Assembly (NCBI GenBank): GCA_964016885.1
Contig: OZ024763.1
Location: forward strand, 4,402,001-4,466,000
Source: Eledone cirrhosa
Taxonomy: Eukaryota
Direction of reading: 5' to 3'
DNA length: 64,000 nucleotides
Shown: positions 26,842-40,631 of the stretch, piece after piece
Numbering within the stretch: position 1 is the first letter of the stretch
Layout: each line of letters begins with the position of its first letter
Program-made: the position numbers and the translations under genes
The notes under the pieces: generated by a model
The model's database searches: none
The model's input: only the letters and a program-made list of their open reading frames with translations
What the model was told of the DNA's origin: nothing

Positions 26842-27105
26842 TAATTGTTTCTGCTTTTGGCACAAGGCCAGCAATTACTCAGTACATTACTGGTACTTTA
26901 TTTTATCGACCCCGTAAGGATGAAAGGCAAAGTTAACCTCGGCGGGATTTGAACTCAGAATGGCAAGGGCCGTAACTCTATGCGTCAAAGCATGGCGTCC
27001 GACCCTCTACCGATACTGCTGATAATAATAATGATGGTGGTGATGGTGGTGGCAATTATATTTGTTTCTACTTTAGGCACAAGGCCAGCAATAACCCAGT
27101 TCATT
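26842..27105 (-). mobile_element. SINE family A copy plus a 3' fragment
   Basis: Reverse complement of the family A consensus. Confidence 0.85.
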
Positions 27106-27109
27106 AAAG

Positions 27110-28555
27110 ACACGCTTTAGCCTGGCGAGGTAGGTTATATTGAGACAGTGTCTCAAACACCAGTGGGGGTGGGGGAGAAAGGTCCTCCCCCACCCACCCT
27201 CAAAACACCACGCACCCCCAAAACACCACGCACCCCCAAAACACCACTCGCCCCCAAAACACCACGCTCATGGAATCCTAATACAAAACAATAATGAAAT
27301 ATTTAACGACGTGAATGAAGCTTGGAGCAATCACGGTGAAGGTCCCTCGCCCGGTATGCTTCGGTCTCCCAGCAACAGGGGATATGATTGGGCTCTAGAC
27401 AGTCGTAACAAGGCCACAGATCACACAGAGAATGTGTCAGCAGTTAGACACAAATAGACGCTATACTGATTGAATGTCATGAAAGAGAAAAACTGGAGGG
27501 AATCCGTGGAGTAGGACGACGCACAGTAGACCTTTGGATAGAAAAGAGCAAGTTTGAGATGTCAGAAGGTAAACTAATGAATCAAGTGAGGGGGGGGGGG
27601 ATTAGGAGGAAGGACTGGTTAACTGGGGTAGAAATATCTCGGATCAGAGAACGCTTAAAGGAACATGTAGAGGAACAACAAAAAGAGGTTAGAGCAGAAG
27701 CTGAAGCCATCTCTACGGTTGAAGGTAGAGAGGAAAATGGACAGCAGGCGCAGGGGATTGTGATAGGACTGTTAGGGATACAGAAGAGGGCTGTTATTCA
27801 TTGAACCCTGGTGTAGCTGAGGATAAGAATGGTGATGCAAGAAGAGGGAGCCACTTAGATGATGAGTAGCTTGAGTTATGTAGACGGCTTAGGGATTTGG
27901 TGAACACCCCAGAAGAAAGAATCCCAATGAATATGAGAAGGGTAGATAGGAAGATGATACTTGAAACTTCAAAAAAGATAAATGCTGTCATACAACACAT
28001 ACAGAGAAAAGACATAACGTAAACTAGGAACTTCATCTAAGCTGTTGCCCTGCTTGTAGAGAAACAAATGCGACTGACGAGCACTAAGCTGAGGTTGAGA
28101 AGACGCATTGGAAATGCCATAATGTGGTTAAGACAGAATCTAAGTAAAATTGAGAAATGATTTAGAGGAAAGTGGAAAAATGGGGAAAAGGCTGATTGAG
28201 AAGTACTAGACAAGACAAAATACGAAAGAGTGGATTCCATACAGTGATAGAATAAGTTAAAACAGAGAATTCTCTCAACAAGTCAGAAGATAAGGAGATA
28301 CATAAATAGAAATAAACAGTTCCAAAATAATACAAAACAATTCTTCCGCACTTTGGACGGAAACAATGGGAATGGGAAGGACGCTATCCCTAATGAGAAT
28401 AAGACCAAGGAGATCTGGAATTGGATGTGGGGAAACAGTAAAGGTCATAGAAAGGGTGCCACCGTCAAGACAGAATTACAAGGAGGAAATATACAAAGAG
28501 ATATTACCATAAGCACAGTCGATGTGAAGGATGAACTAGCCAAGGTTCCAAACTA
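27110..28555 (+). mobile_element. Degenerate 5' portion of an R4/Dong-clade non-LTR retrotransposon
   Basis: Fragments LMNQVR..IRRKDWLTGVEISRI, KLKQRI..QKIRRY..QFQNNTKQFFRTL, EIWNWMWG, DITISTVDVKDELAKVPN match the pre-RT region of R4/Dong ORFs; many stops. Confidence 0.65.
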
Positions 28556-28787
28556 ATCAAGTAGGCAGGTGTGCACTATCAGCTTGTTGTACATTATCAT
28601 GAATGCGAATGTGTATTTATGTGCAGTGGTGAATTGATACACACTACCCTGTATGGGTGTACATTTATGGATGATAGTATTTCAGTATTAGTACAACTGT
28701 TTCTTTCTATACGTGTAATTGTGTATATATGCATTTCAGGAGAGGTACATTTTTCTGGGAACTGATATTCCCATGATTAGCCCTATA

Positions 28788-28945
28788 AACCTTCAGAAAT
28801 CCTGACCAAAAAACATGCCACCCAGCTCGCAAACCATGTATGAAGCCTTAAAAATAACGGCACACCTTTTTTGGAGTATATGAGAAAAATCTACCGCCTA
28901 TGTTAATGGAACGAAATTTTTCCGCTTTTGTAACTCGGAAAAAGG
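28788..28945 (+). pseudogene. Relic of a Penelope-like element GIY-YIG endonuclease C-terminal half
   Basis: With two frameshifts: TFRNPDQK/KHATQLANHV*SLKNNGTPF/WSI*EKSTAYVNGTKFFRFCNSEK, resembling the PLE consensus SF...T.LS.HIW.LK....WSI....Y.NG...C.LC..EK. Confidence 0.65.
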
Positions 28946-29150
28946 GAATCTACTCTCTTAACTGGCTTCAGATAAACAGTGCTTAAATACACGCCTCCTC
29001 TGGAGAGGGATGGGTTCCGCCAGGTTTTAAAATGCCCTGGAAACGCCGTTTGTCAATATGATGCCCCTACAACTCCCTCAGAGTTATGGGTTCATACATG
29101 TATGTATGTATGTATGTACGTATGTATGTATGTATGTATGTATGTATGGG

Positions 29151-29599
29151 CAAAGGGCAAAGGAGCTCTTAAGAGTCAATGGCCATCCAAAACCACCGGG
29201 AGAGATGACCCCTTAGCCTTTGTCAATGCAGAATTCTAGGAGAAGGAAAACTCTGATATAACACCTGCAACCCTGATGGTATCCAATGATATTGACTTGT
29301 TCTTCTTTTTGGTAAATATCATCTTGGTTAAGAGAGTGGGACTGGTTTTGTGCAGTGCCTTTGCTCACTATAAAAGCTTCACGGCACAGGCATTGCTTTA
29401 TATCTGGAGATCTCTCTGCACTTGTCCTCACATGCGCCCAGCACTATGTGTCAATAATTGTCACAGGTGTAGTGTTTGTACCAGAGGTTTCAAGTCGCTG
29501 GCTGGACTAAAAACTCACACTCGTTCAGCGCTTCGGTAGGGGTTATCCTACATGGATGTAAAGTAGTAGCCGTACTCGAAAACGAGTTGGCAGCCACCA
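29151..29599 (+). mobile_element. 5'-truncated second copy of the non-autonomous RTE derivative
   Basis: Nearly identical to 40784-41240; flanked by (TATG)n on both sides. Confidence 0.8.
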
Positions 29600-30404
29600 T
29601 GTATGTATGTATGTATGTATGTATGTATGTATGTATGTATGTATGTATGTATGTATGTATGTATGTTCTTCTGGTTTTATCATTTCACAAAGTTTTACCA
29701 ATTGAGAGAGAGTCAGTTTCTAACATAGACACAAGACTCTCATTGGAATTTACACATCAACTAGGTAGATATGTATGTATGTATGCATGTGTAGATATGG
29801 ATGTTATTGTATGTGTGGATGTGGATGTTTTGAGTTGTATGTGTGCATGTGTATATGCTTTGTATCTGTACATGTGTATATGCAGTTATTAGATGCAAAG
29901 TTTTTGGAATGTTTTACATATTTTTACTGTTCCATTAATGGATTGTACTTGTAATTTCCCAACCAGTTGTGTTCTTTCTGTTCCTGTGAAGCCTAGCTTC
30001 TCAAGACCTGTATTGAGGCAGCCACTAACATATCCCAGTGCCCCAATATGTATGTATGTAACTACTAGGTCACAGACCTATCACCATGGATGTAACAGTG
30101 TGGGGAGTCTGAGGCTTTCAACAAATAGAAAATTTGAATATGAACTATTCACGCTGTTTGACGTTCTGTAAACTAAACCAAATTAATAAAATTATATATC
30201 TGATTATGCACATGCAGGATGGTGTTTGTGTTCGACCTTATACAGCCAGGAAAATGGCCATGTTTTGGCATTGATTAATATCTAAAATATATCTTTCTCT
30301 TTAAATATTTCTCCGTTGGTCTTGTTTTTTTCTTCTATGGATAGAAGCAAACATTTAATAAGTTGCTATTTACTACCTACCTACCTACCTACTACTACTA
30401 CTAT

Positions 30405-30461
<57 letters not shown>

Positions 30462-30611
30462 ATTATTCGATATACAAACTTTACATACATGTTTAGAGCA
30501 GAGTTTCAGAAGATCTCCTAAATGAGTGAAAGCAGTGATTCTTTCCTTAAACTTTAATCTGTACACGCAGACACACACACATATATATGTGTGTGTGTGT
30601 GTGTCTGTGTG

Positions 30612-30646
<35 letters not shown>

Positions 30647-30815
30647 ATATATGTATATACACAAACGCATATATATGTGTGTATATATATGTGTGTGTGT
30701 GTATATATGTATATGTGTGTGTATATATATATATAGCAAAGAAAATGGAAGATAAACGATGATAATGAGGACACACACACACATATATATGTGTGTGTGT
30801 GTCTGTCTGTGTGTG

Positions 30816-30846
<31 letters not shown>

Positions 30847-30971
30847 ATATATGTATATATATACACAAACGCATATATATGTGTGTATATATATGTGTGT
30901 GTGTGTATATATGTATATGTGTGTGTATATATATATAAGCAAAGAAAATGGAAGATAAACGATGATAATGA

Positions 30972-31275
<304 letters not shown>

Positions 31276-31412
31276 GCGTGCGTACGTACGTACGTACGTA
31301 CACTTATATCCTCACATATATTGATATAATGCTCTGCAGTGACCTCTAACCTGGACAATGTCCTAACTAGAGGACATTGCTCTGCTTTAAGAATTATTTG
31401 AATAACTTTAGC

Positions 31413-32508
31413 CGGGGTGGTGGTGGTGGTGTCGGTGAATAGATTGGTAGAGAGTTGTGGGAAGGGGTGGTGGTGGTGGTGGTGTCGGTGAATAGATTGG
31501 TAGAGAGTTGTGGGAGGGGTGGTGGTGGTGGTGTCGGTGAATAGATTGGTAGAGAGTTGTGGGAGGGGTGGTGGTGGTGGTGTCGGTGGATAGCTTGGTA
31601 GAGAGTTGTGTGAGGGGTGGTGGTGGTGGTGGTGGTGTCGGTGAATAGATTGGTAGAGAGTTGTGGGAGGGGTGGTGGTGTCGGTGAATAGATTGGTAGA
31701 GAGTTGTGGGAGGGGTGGTGGTGGTGGTGGTGGTGGTGTCGGTGAATAGATTGGTAGAGAGTTGTGGGAGGGGTGGTGGTGGTGGTGTCGGTGAATAGAT
31801 TGGTAGAGAGTTGTGGGAGGGGTGGTGGTGGTGGTGGTGTCGGTGAATAGATTGGTAGAGAGTTGTGGGAAGGGGTGGTGGTGGTGGTGGTGTCGGTGGA
31901 TAGCTTGGTAGAGAGTTGTGGGAGGGGTGGTGGTGGTGGTGGTGGTGGTGGTGGTGTCGGTGAATAGATTGGTAGAGAGTTGTGGGAGGGGTGGTGGTGG
32001 TGTCGGTGAATAGATTGTAGAGAGTTGTGGGAGGGGTGGTGGTGGTGGTGTCGGTGAATAGATTGGTAGAGAGTTGTGGGAGGGGTGGTGGTGGTGGTGT
32101 CGGTGAATAGATTGGTAGAGAGTTGTGGAAGGGGTGGTGGTGGTGGTGTCGGTGGATAGCTTGGTAGAGAGTTGTGGGAGGGGTGGTGGTGGTGGTGGTG
32201 GTGGTGGTGGTGTCGGTGAATAGATTGGTAGAGAGTTGTGGGAGGGGTGGTGGTGGTGTCGGTGAATAGATTGGTAGAGAGTTGTGGGAGGGGTGGTGGT
32301 GGTGGTGTCGGTGAATAGATTGGTAGAGAGTTGTGGGAGGGGTGGTGGTGGTGGTGTCGGTGAATAGATTGGTAGAGAGTTGTGGGAGGGGTGGTGGTGT
32401 CGGTGAATAGATTGGTAGAGAGTTGTGGGAGGGGTGGTGGTGGTGGTGTCGGTGGATAGCTTGGTAGAGAGTTGTGGAAGGGGTGGTGGTGTCGAGATTG
32501 GTAGAGAG
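31413..32508. repeat. G-rich minisatellite (GGT)n-GTCGGTGAATAGATTGGTAGAGAGTTGTGGGAGG
   Basis: About 23 units with variable (GGT)n. Confidence 0.95.
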
Positions 32509-34239
32509 CAATGGCCGGGGAATATGGTTTAAATATGTTATACTACTTCAGTGTTTAACAACCATTTTCTTCTGTCTCTGCCTCTTCCTCCTCGTCCTCC
32601 CCCTTCTGCCACCCTCTTCTTCTTCCCATCCTCCTTCTCCCCCTCTCCCCATAACCCCTTCTCCTCTTCTCTAACCCCCCACCCCCTCCGCCACCCCTCC
32701 GCCACCTCCTCTTCTCCAATAGAATAAAATCCATTATTAACCATATTTCCCCGTTTCTCTTACTGAATCAATTTTATTTTACGTTATCGATAAACGGTTA
32801 GGAGGACATGAGGGGATATGTATTTATTTTCCTGAGTGGGGTTCAGTGTATAGGGTGTTTGGTTCGTGATCATAAGGTTATGGGGTCAATTGCTAGTGGT
32901 ACAATGTATCCTTGAGCAAGACACTTTATTTCACGTTGCTCCAGTCCACCCAGCTGGCATAAATGTTTTATGGTTGTAATTCAACGTACCAGCTCTGTCT
33001 CACACTGTCACAACGAATCTCCCCGAGAACTGCCTTGTCATTAGAACATCAGATAACATTTTCACAATATTTATTCCGGGTCTTTGTGCCCCGAGTTGAA
33101 ACTCCACCGAGTTTCACTTTGCCGTTTATCCATTCGAGATCGATAAATAAAGTTTAAATGTACAAACTGGGAGAGGGGATGTGCTAAACTTGGTTTAAAT
33201 GTTCAAACTGGGAGAGGGGATGTGAAAAACTTGGTTTAAATGTTCAAACTGGGAGAAGGGATGTGCTAAACCTGGTTTAAATATTCAAATTGGGGGAAGG
33301 AGACGTGCTAAACCTGGTTTAAATGCCCAACACATTCTATATCCCTATGGTACCCCTAAATTCAATTAGGTGTTATAATCGAATGTGAAAGTTTATAGTC
33401 GGTAGAGTGTGAATTGAAGAATATAAAAAATTTGGCTGCTGTTTTTAATAAGTCGGAAGATCATGATTTTGGACATGTCTAAAGATGTTTGTGCAAACGT
33501 CTGTGTACCTTACGGGAAAAACCAACTGACAGGTAACCCAGAAGTAGACCACGAGCAAGTTGGTTGGATCTAGCCTAAGTTTAATTATTCTATCACTCTC
33601 TCTCTCTGACTACTCCAATTACCCATCTCTCAGCGGGGACCATATCTACAGCACCCATCCCATTATTGCTACCCACCCAGAGGAATTTGGACCGTTGTCC
33701 CTTAAATGTGATGAGCCTGACCGAAGTACCCCTCCACTTTACTTATTGCACACAGTACACACCCACACGTCTCCTGCCTAGCACCTCCACAATCTCACCA
33801 CACTTACCTTTCACTGTTCCAACATTGATAGTGACAAATCTTAAATTTCACGTTGGATGATAAGGAGGTTGCATGTGTGTCTTGCTATTTTCATGGACCT
33901 GAAGGATAGGACTGCAATACCACTTGGAGATCTGGGGGTTTTACAGGCATGTTGGGGTCTTTCGAGTACTGTATTGTGTAGTCGCTAGAGATGTTTGTAG
34001 TATTCACCAGCACCTGGGGTCACTGCTTGTCACTAGACCCATTGCAATTTTCATTGGTCTCCCATTGATCTTTGATGAAGTTAGAATAGCGTTTACTATA
34101 ATCTGTGCGTGGGTATATATTAACGAGAGCATACAGCCCTCTCCACAGTGGAGGCTTATGTATATATCCATCACCAACTCCCCCACTGGTGCGGGGGTCT
34201 TAGTAGAATGGCCACCTGGAATCTTACCAGGCACTCAGT

Positions 34240-34797
34240 GGAACTTCCACTCTCGAGTTCTATAGAGGATTAGTGATGGGCAAGTGCAATGACGCACTCG
34301 GAGAAGCTTTGGGCCTCGACGAAGTCCAACTGACCAATCTGTTCCGGAGGACTTTCGAGCGGACAATGGACAATTTCCAGAAATCCCTCGCTTGGCAGTG
34401 CTACCGGGGGGGGGGGGGGGGTACTGCCGGTTCGGGATAAACTCTACAGATGCGCACAGAACGACGAAACCGTTCTGCACGCACTTGTCCAATGTCCGTG
34501 CATTACTGACTTGTGGAGTTATATCGAACAGCTACTGTCGCGTGTAGAATGGATCCGGGTCCTTTCCTTTGGCCAGGAAGAGCAGGCCATTTTCCTCTGT
34601 CTGGTGGCAGTTGCGAAAGAGGTTATATGGTGGACCAGATTGAAAGGACAGAAGACGAACACTTTTCTCTTCGGCCAATCCCTCATTAACTTCTTCAAGT
34701 TTCACCTGGAGAGGAAGGTGAGGGTGGAGAGAGAAGTGCTGGCCCCCAGTACATTTGCTAAAAGGTGGATGAATGTGACGAGAATGGCCCGTGTGAA
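34240..34797 (+). mobile_element. 3' fragment of an L1/Tx1-clade ORF2
   Basis: Frameshifted translation gives FQKSLAWQCYRG..LPVRDKLYRCAQNDETVLHALVQCP (CCHC knuckle) and CLVAVAKEVIWWTR...F.KRW. Confidence 0.7.
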
Positions 34798-35831
34798 TGG
34801 CAATAAGGGCAGGGGCCCCAGGGTATCATAGCCTGGGCCCGCTCGTCATCGTGCCACTGTAATAGCGCCAAACAAGGCATTTAATATTGGCTGCTGGAAC
34901 GTACGGACGCTGTTTGACAGGGATTCCTCCAAACTTTCTGAACGAAGGACCACTCTTGTTGCAAAGGAGCTTGGTTATCCGAGACGAGCTTAGCTGGAGA
35001 TGGTCACCTTACAGAATTTTGTGGAGAATTAACATTCTTATGGACAGGAAGAGATGAAGGAAGCAGAAGAGAGGCAGCGGTAGCATTTGCTGTTATGACT
35101 GCTCTTGTGGATAAATTAGAAGAATTCCCAGTGTTTCAGGTTTTTGTCAATCTGACAAAAGCTTTCGATACTGTTAACATAAATGCATTGTGGAAGGTTC
35201 TCCAGAAACTTGGTTGCTCTGATAAGTTCCTTGCTTTAGTTAGATCTTTCCATGACGACATGAAGGCTTGGGTTAATGTCAGAGGTAACATGTTGGAGCC
35301 TATCTCAGTAAAAAATGGAGTGAAATAGGGGGATATTCCAGCACCGACCCAGTTTGCATTATACTTTGCAATGGTTTTCTATAAGGCATTCAGGAATTGT
35401 GAGCATGGTGTTTTCATCCAATATCGAACCTCAGGCAGCATATTTAACAACAGGCGCTTTGCTGCAAAAACAAAAGTATTTACATCAATCATAAGAGACC
35501 TCTTGTATGCAGATGATTGCGATCTTGTAGCGCACACAGAGAGTGCTATGCAGCATTTTGAATGCATTTTCTGATGCTTGCACTGCCCTAGGATTGAACT
35601 GTCAATCTCAAGAACATCACTGTCATGTACCAACCTGCCCCTGATAAACAGTACAATGAACCAAATATCTAACGGGAAGGTAAACAACTTGGAGTGGTTG
35701 ATCATTTTGTCTACCTGGGAAGCACTGTCAATCGATACAGCAATCTTGATAATGAAATTCCACCCAGAATTAGGAAAGCAAATGTTGCTTTCGGAAAGCT
35801 AGAGAGGGGCCTCAGGGGTCAGCGAGACATC
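34798..35831 (+). pseudogene. Degenerate, internally deleted copy of the same RTE LINE family
   Basis: Aligns to 36553-36913, then jumps to about 38481-39177 (junction GAATTCCCAGTG/TTTCAGGTTTTTGTC near 35132); has stops and frameshifts. Confidence 0.9.
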
Positions 35832-36161
35832 TAATGGAACGATTTTGCTCGTAAAATCTGTACAGTGATTCTTTCTTGTGACATTCTAACATTTCCATAG
35901 TATCGGAGCTGTGATCTCTTAATTCGGAGAAGTAGCGGCTCTACCTGGAGTGACTCTCTGATCTCCCAGCTACGCACTTTACGTAGCGTTTGCTTTGCAG
36001 ACGATTAGAATATTCGATGTAAAACTCATAAATACATGTAATACGCTATGTGAGAGCGAGAAATCAAATTCTAATTTTGGTTTGTCGTATATATGTATTT
36101 ATATATATTTATATATATACATGCATGTATGTCTGTGTATATATATATGTGTATATATATA

Positions 36162-36211
<50 letters not shown>

Positions 36212-36448
36212 CATGTATGTATATATATATATATATATAAAAATATATATATATGTATGTATATATATATGTATGTATGTATATATATATATGTATGTAT
36301 GTATATATGTATGTATGTGTATATGTTCAGTGCACAGTCTTTCCTCACTTTAAAAATATTCGTCACGCACAGGCATTGCACGAGTGCATTAATAATTATT
36401 AATAGTGTAGTATCATTATTATTATTATTATTATTATTACTATTATTA

Positions 36449-36479
<31 letters not shown>

Positions 36480-36480
36480 C

Positions 36481-39400
36481 CAATTCAATGATGTTCCAGA
36501 ACAATGTAAACGAGATAATTGCCAATTTGGGTTCTGGAACAAAAAAGATCATTGGCAATAAGGGCAGGGGCCCCAAGTTATCACAACCTGGGCCCGCCCG
36601 TCATCGTGCCATTGTAATAGAGCCAAACAGGGCATTTAGTCTTGGCTGCTGGAACGTACGGACGCTGCTTGACGGGGATTCTTTGGAGCGTCCTGAACGA
36701 AGGACCGCTCTTGTTGCGAAGGAGCTTCGACGTTACGATCTTGACATCGTGGCTTTGTCTGAGACGAGGTTAGCTGGGGATGGTCATCTTACGGAATTTT
36801 GTGGAGAATATACATTCTTCTGGAAAGGAAGAGATGAAGGAACCAGAAGAGAGGCTGGGGTAGGATTTGCTGTTAAGACTGTACTGGTGAATAAATTAGA
36901 AGAATTCCCAGTGGGGATTAGTGAGCGTCTTATGTCCATGAGAGTTCCGCTGGACAAGGGAAGATATGCTACCCTGGTGAGTGTGTATGCTCCAACTATG
37001 AATTCTGTCGATGAAGAAAAACTGTCCTTTTACCATGCCTTGAAAGGTGTTTTAAGAAATATCCCTCAGGCAGACAAAGTCATCGTGCTTGGTGACTTTA
37101 ATGCTAGAGTGGGTAGGGATTTTAACACATGGAATGTAATCGGAAGGCATGGGGTGGGAAAGTGTAACAGCAATGGTATGCTCTTGCTGCAGATGTGTGA
37201 GGAGCTGGATCTGTGTGTTACCAACACCATGTTCCAACAAAAGAACAAATTCAAGACCACATGGATGCATCCTGCATCTAAGGAATGGCATCTTTTGGAC
37301 TACGTCCTAGTCAGGATGCGTGACAGACAGGATGTGCGGTGTGTTCGTGTTCTTCGTGGAGCTGAGTGCTGGACGGACCACCGCCTGGTACGCGCAAAAG
37401 TGAATCTAATCACCAAACGTAAAATCCGGGCTCCTGGTGTTACCCTGCCCAAAAGATTGAATGCTGCTCGTCTTAAGGATAAAAATGTGAAGAGGACATT
37501 GGAAGAAGAGATGCAGGCTGCAGATCTTGGTGAGGATTGGCCGACCCTTAAAAAGTCGGTTTATGATGTAGGCAGACGTGTTCTGGGATTGGTGCAGAGA
37601 AAACATCAGGACTGGTTTAATGAGAAAGATGTGCATATAGATGACTTGTTGGCTGATAAGAGGCGCGCTCTGTCACGCTACTTGACGGCAAAACCACAGG
37701 AGAGGAATACGTTGCATGAGGAGCTCAGGGATGTAAAATCACGTGTTAGGCGGAGTCTTTCTCAGATGAAGGATCAGTGGTGGAGTGAGAAGGCTGGTGA
37801 GATACAAACTGCGTCTGATTGCAATAACACAAAGCTGTTGTACAGTCTCTTGCGTGAGGTTTATGGACCGTCTTCTTCTCTGGTGACACCGATTCGCAGC
37901 AAGGATGGCAAAGAACTTCTTCGTGACTCACAGGGAATTCTACGAAGGTGGCGAGAGCACTTTGATGATCTTTTGAATCAGCCGTCTGTCGTCAGTGAAG
38001 ATTTCCTCAATCTCATTCCGGAAAGTCCTGTGAAAGTAGCTCTCGCAGAACCTCCGACACTTGTGGAGGTTGCAGTGGCTATTTCGAAGCTGAACAGTGG
38101 AAGATCTCCAGGTATGGATGGCATACATGCTGAGCTCCTACAATATGGTGGTGAGAGACTCCTGCAACATCTTCACTCTCTGTTTGGAGGGATATGGGCT
38201 AATGAATCCGTGCCTGAGGACTGGAGAGATGCAGTAATGGTGGTCTTGTACAAGGGAAAGGGTAACAGGAATGATTGTGGGAACTACAGAGGTATATCAT
38301 TGCTTTCTGTCGTGGGGAAAGTTTTATGTAGGGTGCTTCTGGACCGTCTGCTGACACACATTGCAGATTGTGTCCTTCCTGAAAGCCAATCTGGTTTTCG
38401 TGTTGGACGCGGCACTACTGATATGATCTTCTCAGCTAGACAGCTCCAGGAGAAGTGCATTGAACAGGGCTTGGATCTGTATCAGGTTTTTGTCGATCTG
38501 ACAAAGGCTTTCGATACTGTCAACAGAGATGCATTATGGAAGGTTCTCCAGAAACTTGGTTGCCCTGATAAGTTCCTTGCTTTAGTTAGGTCTTTCCATG
38601 ACGACATGAAGGCTTGGGTTAATGTCGGAGGTAACATGTCGGAGCCTATCTCAGTAAAAAATGGAGTGAAACAGGGGGATATTCCAGCACCGACCCTGTT
38701 TGCCATATACTTTGCAATGGTTTTCTGTATTGCATTCAGGAATTGCGAGCATGGTGTTTACATCCGATATCGAACCTCAGGCAGCATATTTAACATCAGG
38801 CGCTTTGCTGCGAAGACAAAAGTATTTACATCAGTCATAAGAGACCTCTTGTATGCAGATGATTGCGATCTTGTAGCGCACACAGAGAGTGATATGCAGC
38901 ACATTTTGAATGTATTTTCTGACGCTTGCACTGCCCTGGGTTTGACTGTCAGTCTCAAGAAAACCGTCGTCATGTACCAACCTGCACCTGGTAGGCAGTA
39001 CACTGAACCAAACATCTATGTGTATGGCAAACGACTTGGAGTGGTTGATCAGTTTGTCTACCTGGGAAGCACTGTCAATCGATACGGCAACCTTGACAGT
39101 GAAATCTCACTTAGGATTAGGAAAGCAAGTGATGCTTTCGGAAAGCTAGAAAGGCGACTCTGGGGTCGGCGAGACATATGCAGGAGGACAAAGGTAAAGG
39201 TGTACAGAGCATGTGTACTCTCTTGTCTTCTTTATGCCTGCGAGACCTGGGTCACATATCGACGCCACCTTAAGCAATTGGAGCGTTTCCATCAGATGTG
39301 TCTCAGACGGATACATGGCGTTCACTGGAGGGACCACATCAGTGATGTCGAGATTTTGGAAAGCTCTATGTGTGACAGTATAGAAGCTCTTGTGCTTAAG

Positions 39401-40041
39401 CAGCGACTCCGTTGGAGTGGTCACCTTGCCAGGATGAAGGATTCTAGAATACCAAAACAACTCTTCTATGGAGAGTTGGTTAAAGGAAAACGACCGCCAC
39501 ATAAACCAAAAAAGAGGTATAAGGATTCCTTGAAGGCCTCTCTGAAAGACGCTAACATCTCTGCTGATACATGGGAAAATATTGCTGCTGATCGTAATAA
39601 ATGGAGAAAGACTGTATATGAGGGAAAAGTTGCCTTTGAGGCATCTCGAATCGCACACGAGAAAGTAAAGCGGGACGTGAGGAAGGGTATTGCTGTTGCA
39701 CTTCCAGACGGCGAGGGTCCTCCTATGTTTCTGACATGCAGCGTCTGTGCGAGACTCTGCCTAAGCAAAGCTGGACTCGAAAGTCATCTTCGCAGTCATA
39801 AAGTAAGACCAGTGGTTGACTACCAGGCTGCTGTTGGAGATGCTACTCATCATGCTTGCCAAACATGTGGTAGAGAATGTAAATCAGCAGGAGGACTCAA
39901 GCGACATGCAAAAGTACACGAACTCCAACCACAGCCGACTATTCCCAGTAAATGTTTTGGTTGCCGACTCTGTGCAAGACATTTTAGATCATTGGCTGGG
40001 CTAAAAAGCCACATTCGATCGCAGCACTGTTAGTTGCTATC

Positions 40042-40079
<38 letters not shown>

Positions 40080-40308
40080 GCTTATGTGCGTGCGTGTGTG
40101 TGTATATATATATGAATATGTATATTATTATTGTTGTTGTCGTTATTATTATTATTGCTATTATTATTATTATTATTATTATTATTGTTATTAATGTATG
40201 TGTGTATATATGTGTGAGTGTATGTGTATGTATGTGTGTGTGTATATATGTATGTATGTGTATGTATGTGTGTGTGTATATATACGTGTGTGTATATATA
40301 TATGTATA

Positions 40309-40343
<35 letters not shown>

Positions 40344-40362
40344 CTTTTCCCTTTTTTTTTTT

Positions 40363-40437
<75 letters not shown>

Positions 40438-40525
40438 TTTTTTTTTAATTTATTTATTTATTTATTTATTTATTTTTTTTTTTTATTGTGCAATGGCCAT
40501 ACTCGATAACGAGGGGGCAGCCATC
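36481..40525 (+). mobile_element. Near full-length RTE LINE including microsatellite-interrupted 3' UTR and terminal stem-loop
   Basis: ORF above; 3' terminal motif GGCCATACTCGATAACGAGGGGGCAGCCATC (40495-40525) followed by an (ATGT/AT)n tail, shared with the non-autonomous copies at 29151 and 40632. Confidence 0.85.
36488..40033 (+). CDS. RTE/BovB-clade LINE polyprotein (~1181 aa): AP endonuclease, reverse transcriptase, three C-terminal C2H2 zinc fingers
   Basis: Open frame with [34 protein letters not shown] (APE); [26 protein letters not shown] (RT); three CxxC-x12-HxxxH fingers. ATG at 36488 chosen because the upstream part of the called ORF is microsatellite. Confidence 0.93.
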   Translation: MMFQNNVNEIIANLGSGTKKIIGNKGRGPKLSQPGPARHRAIVIEPNRAFSLGCWNVRTLLDGDSLERPERRTALVAKELRRYDLDIVALSETRLAGDGHLTEFCGEYTFFWKGRDEGTRREAGVGFAVKTVLVNKLEEFPVGISERLMSMRVPLDKGRYATLVSVYAPTMNSVDEEKLSFYHALKGVLRNIPQADKVIVLGDFNARVGRDFNTWNVIGRHGVGKCNSNGMLLLQMCEELDLCVTNTMFQQKNKFKTTWMHPASKEWHLLDYVLVRMRDRQDVRCVRVLRGAECWTDHRLVRAKVNLITKRKIRAPGVTLPKRLNAARLKDKNVKRTLEEEMQAADLGEDWPTLKKSVYDVGRRVLGLVQRKHQDWFNEKDVHIDDLLADKRRALSRYLTAKPQERNTLHEELRDVKSRVRRSLSQMKDQWWSEKAGEIQTASDCNNTKLLYSLLREVYGPSSSLVTPIRSKDGKELLRDSQGILRRWREHFDDLLNQPSVVSEDFLNLIPESPVKVALAEPPTLVEVAVAISKLNSGRSPGMDGIHAELLQYGGERLLQHLHSLFGGIWANESVPEDWRDAVMVVLYKGKGNRNDCGNYRGISLLSVVGKVLCRVLLDRLLTHIADCVLPESQSGFRVGRGTTDMIFSARQLQEKCIEQGLDLYQVFVDLTKAFDTVNRDALWKVLQKLGCPDKFLALVRSFHDDMKAWVNVGGNMSEPISVKNGVKQGDIPAPTLFAIYFAMVFCIAFRNCEHGVYIRYRTSGSIFNIRRFAAKTKVFTSVIRDLLYADDCDLVAHTESDMQHILNVFSDACTALGLTVSLKKTVVMYQPAPGRQYTEPNIYVYGKRLGVVDQFVYLGSTVNRYGNLDSEISLRIRKASDAFGKLERRLWGRRDICRRTKVKVYRACVLSCLLYACETWVTYRRHLKQLERFHQMCLRRIHGVHWRDHISDVEILESSMCDSIEALVLKQRLRWSGHLARMKDSRIPKQLFYGELVKGKRPPHKPKKRYKDSLKASLKDANISADTWENIAADRNKWRKTVYEGKVAFEASRIAHEKVKRDVRKGIAVALPDGEGPPMFLTCSVCARLCLSKAGLESHLRSHKVRPVVDYQAAVGDATHHACQTCGRECKSAGGLKRHAKVHELQPQPTIPSKCFGCRLCARHFRSLAGLKSHIRSQHC

Positions 40526-40631
40526 ATGTGTATATGTATATATATATGTATGTATGTATATATGTATGTATGTGTATATGGATGTATATGTATATGGATG
40601 TATGGATGTATATATGTATGTATGTGTATAT

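Noticed and set aside
34004-34234. 76-aa minus-strand ORF as a host exon
   Set aside because: No recognisable domain, and it sits among decayed retroelement fragments
34798-34830. Apparent identical 5' junction of the two RTE copies
   Set aside because: Similarity simply ends where the decayed copy is truncated; the intact ORF continues upstream to 36488
36050-36487. N-terminal 146 aa of the 1327-aa called ORF
   Set aside because: Reads through (TA/TATG)n, (ATT)n and poly-T; chance in-frame microsatellite upstream of the ATG at 36488
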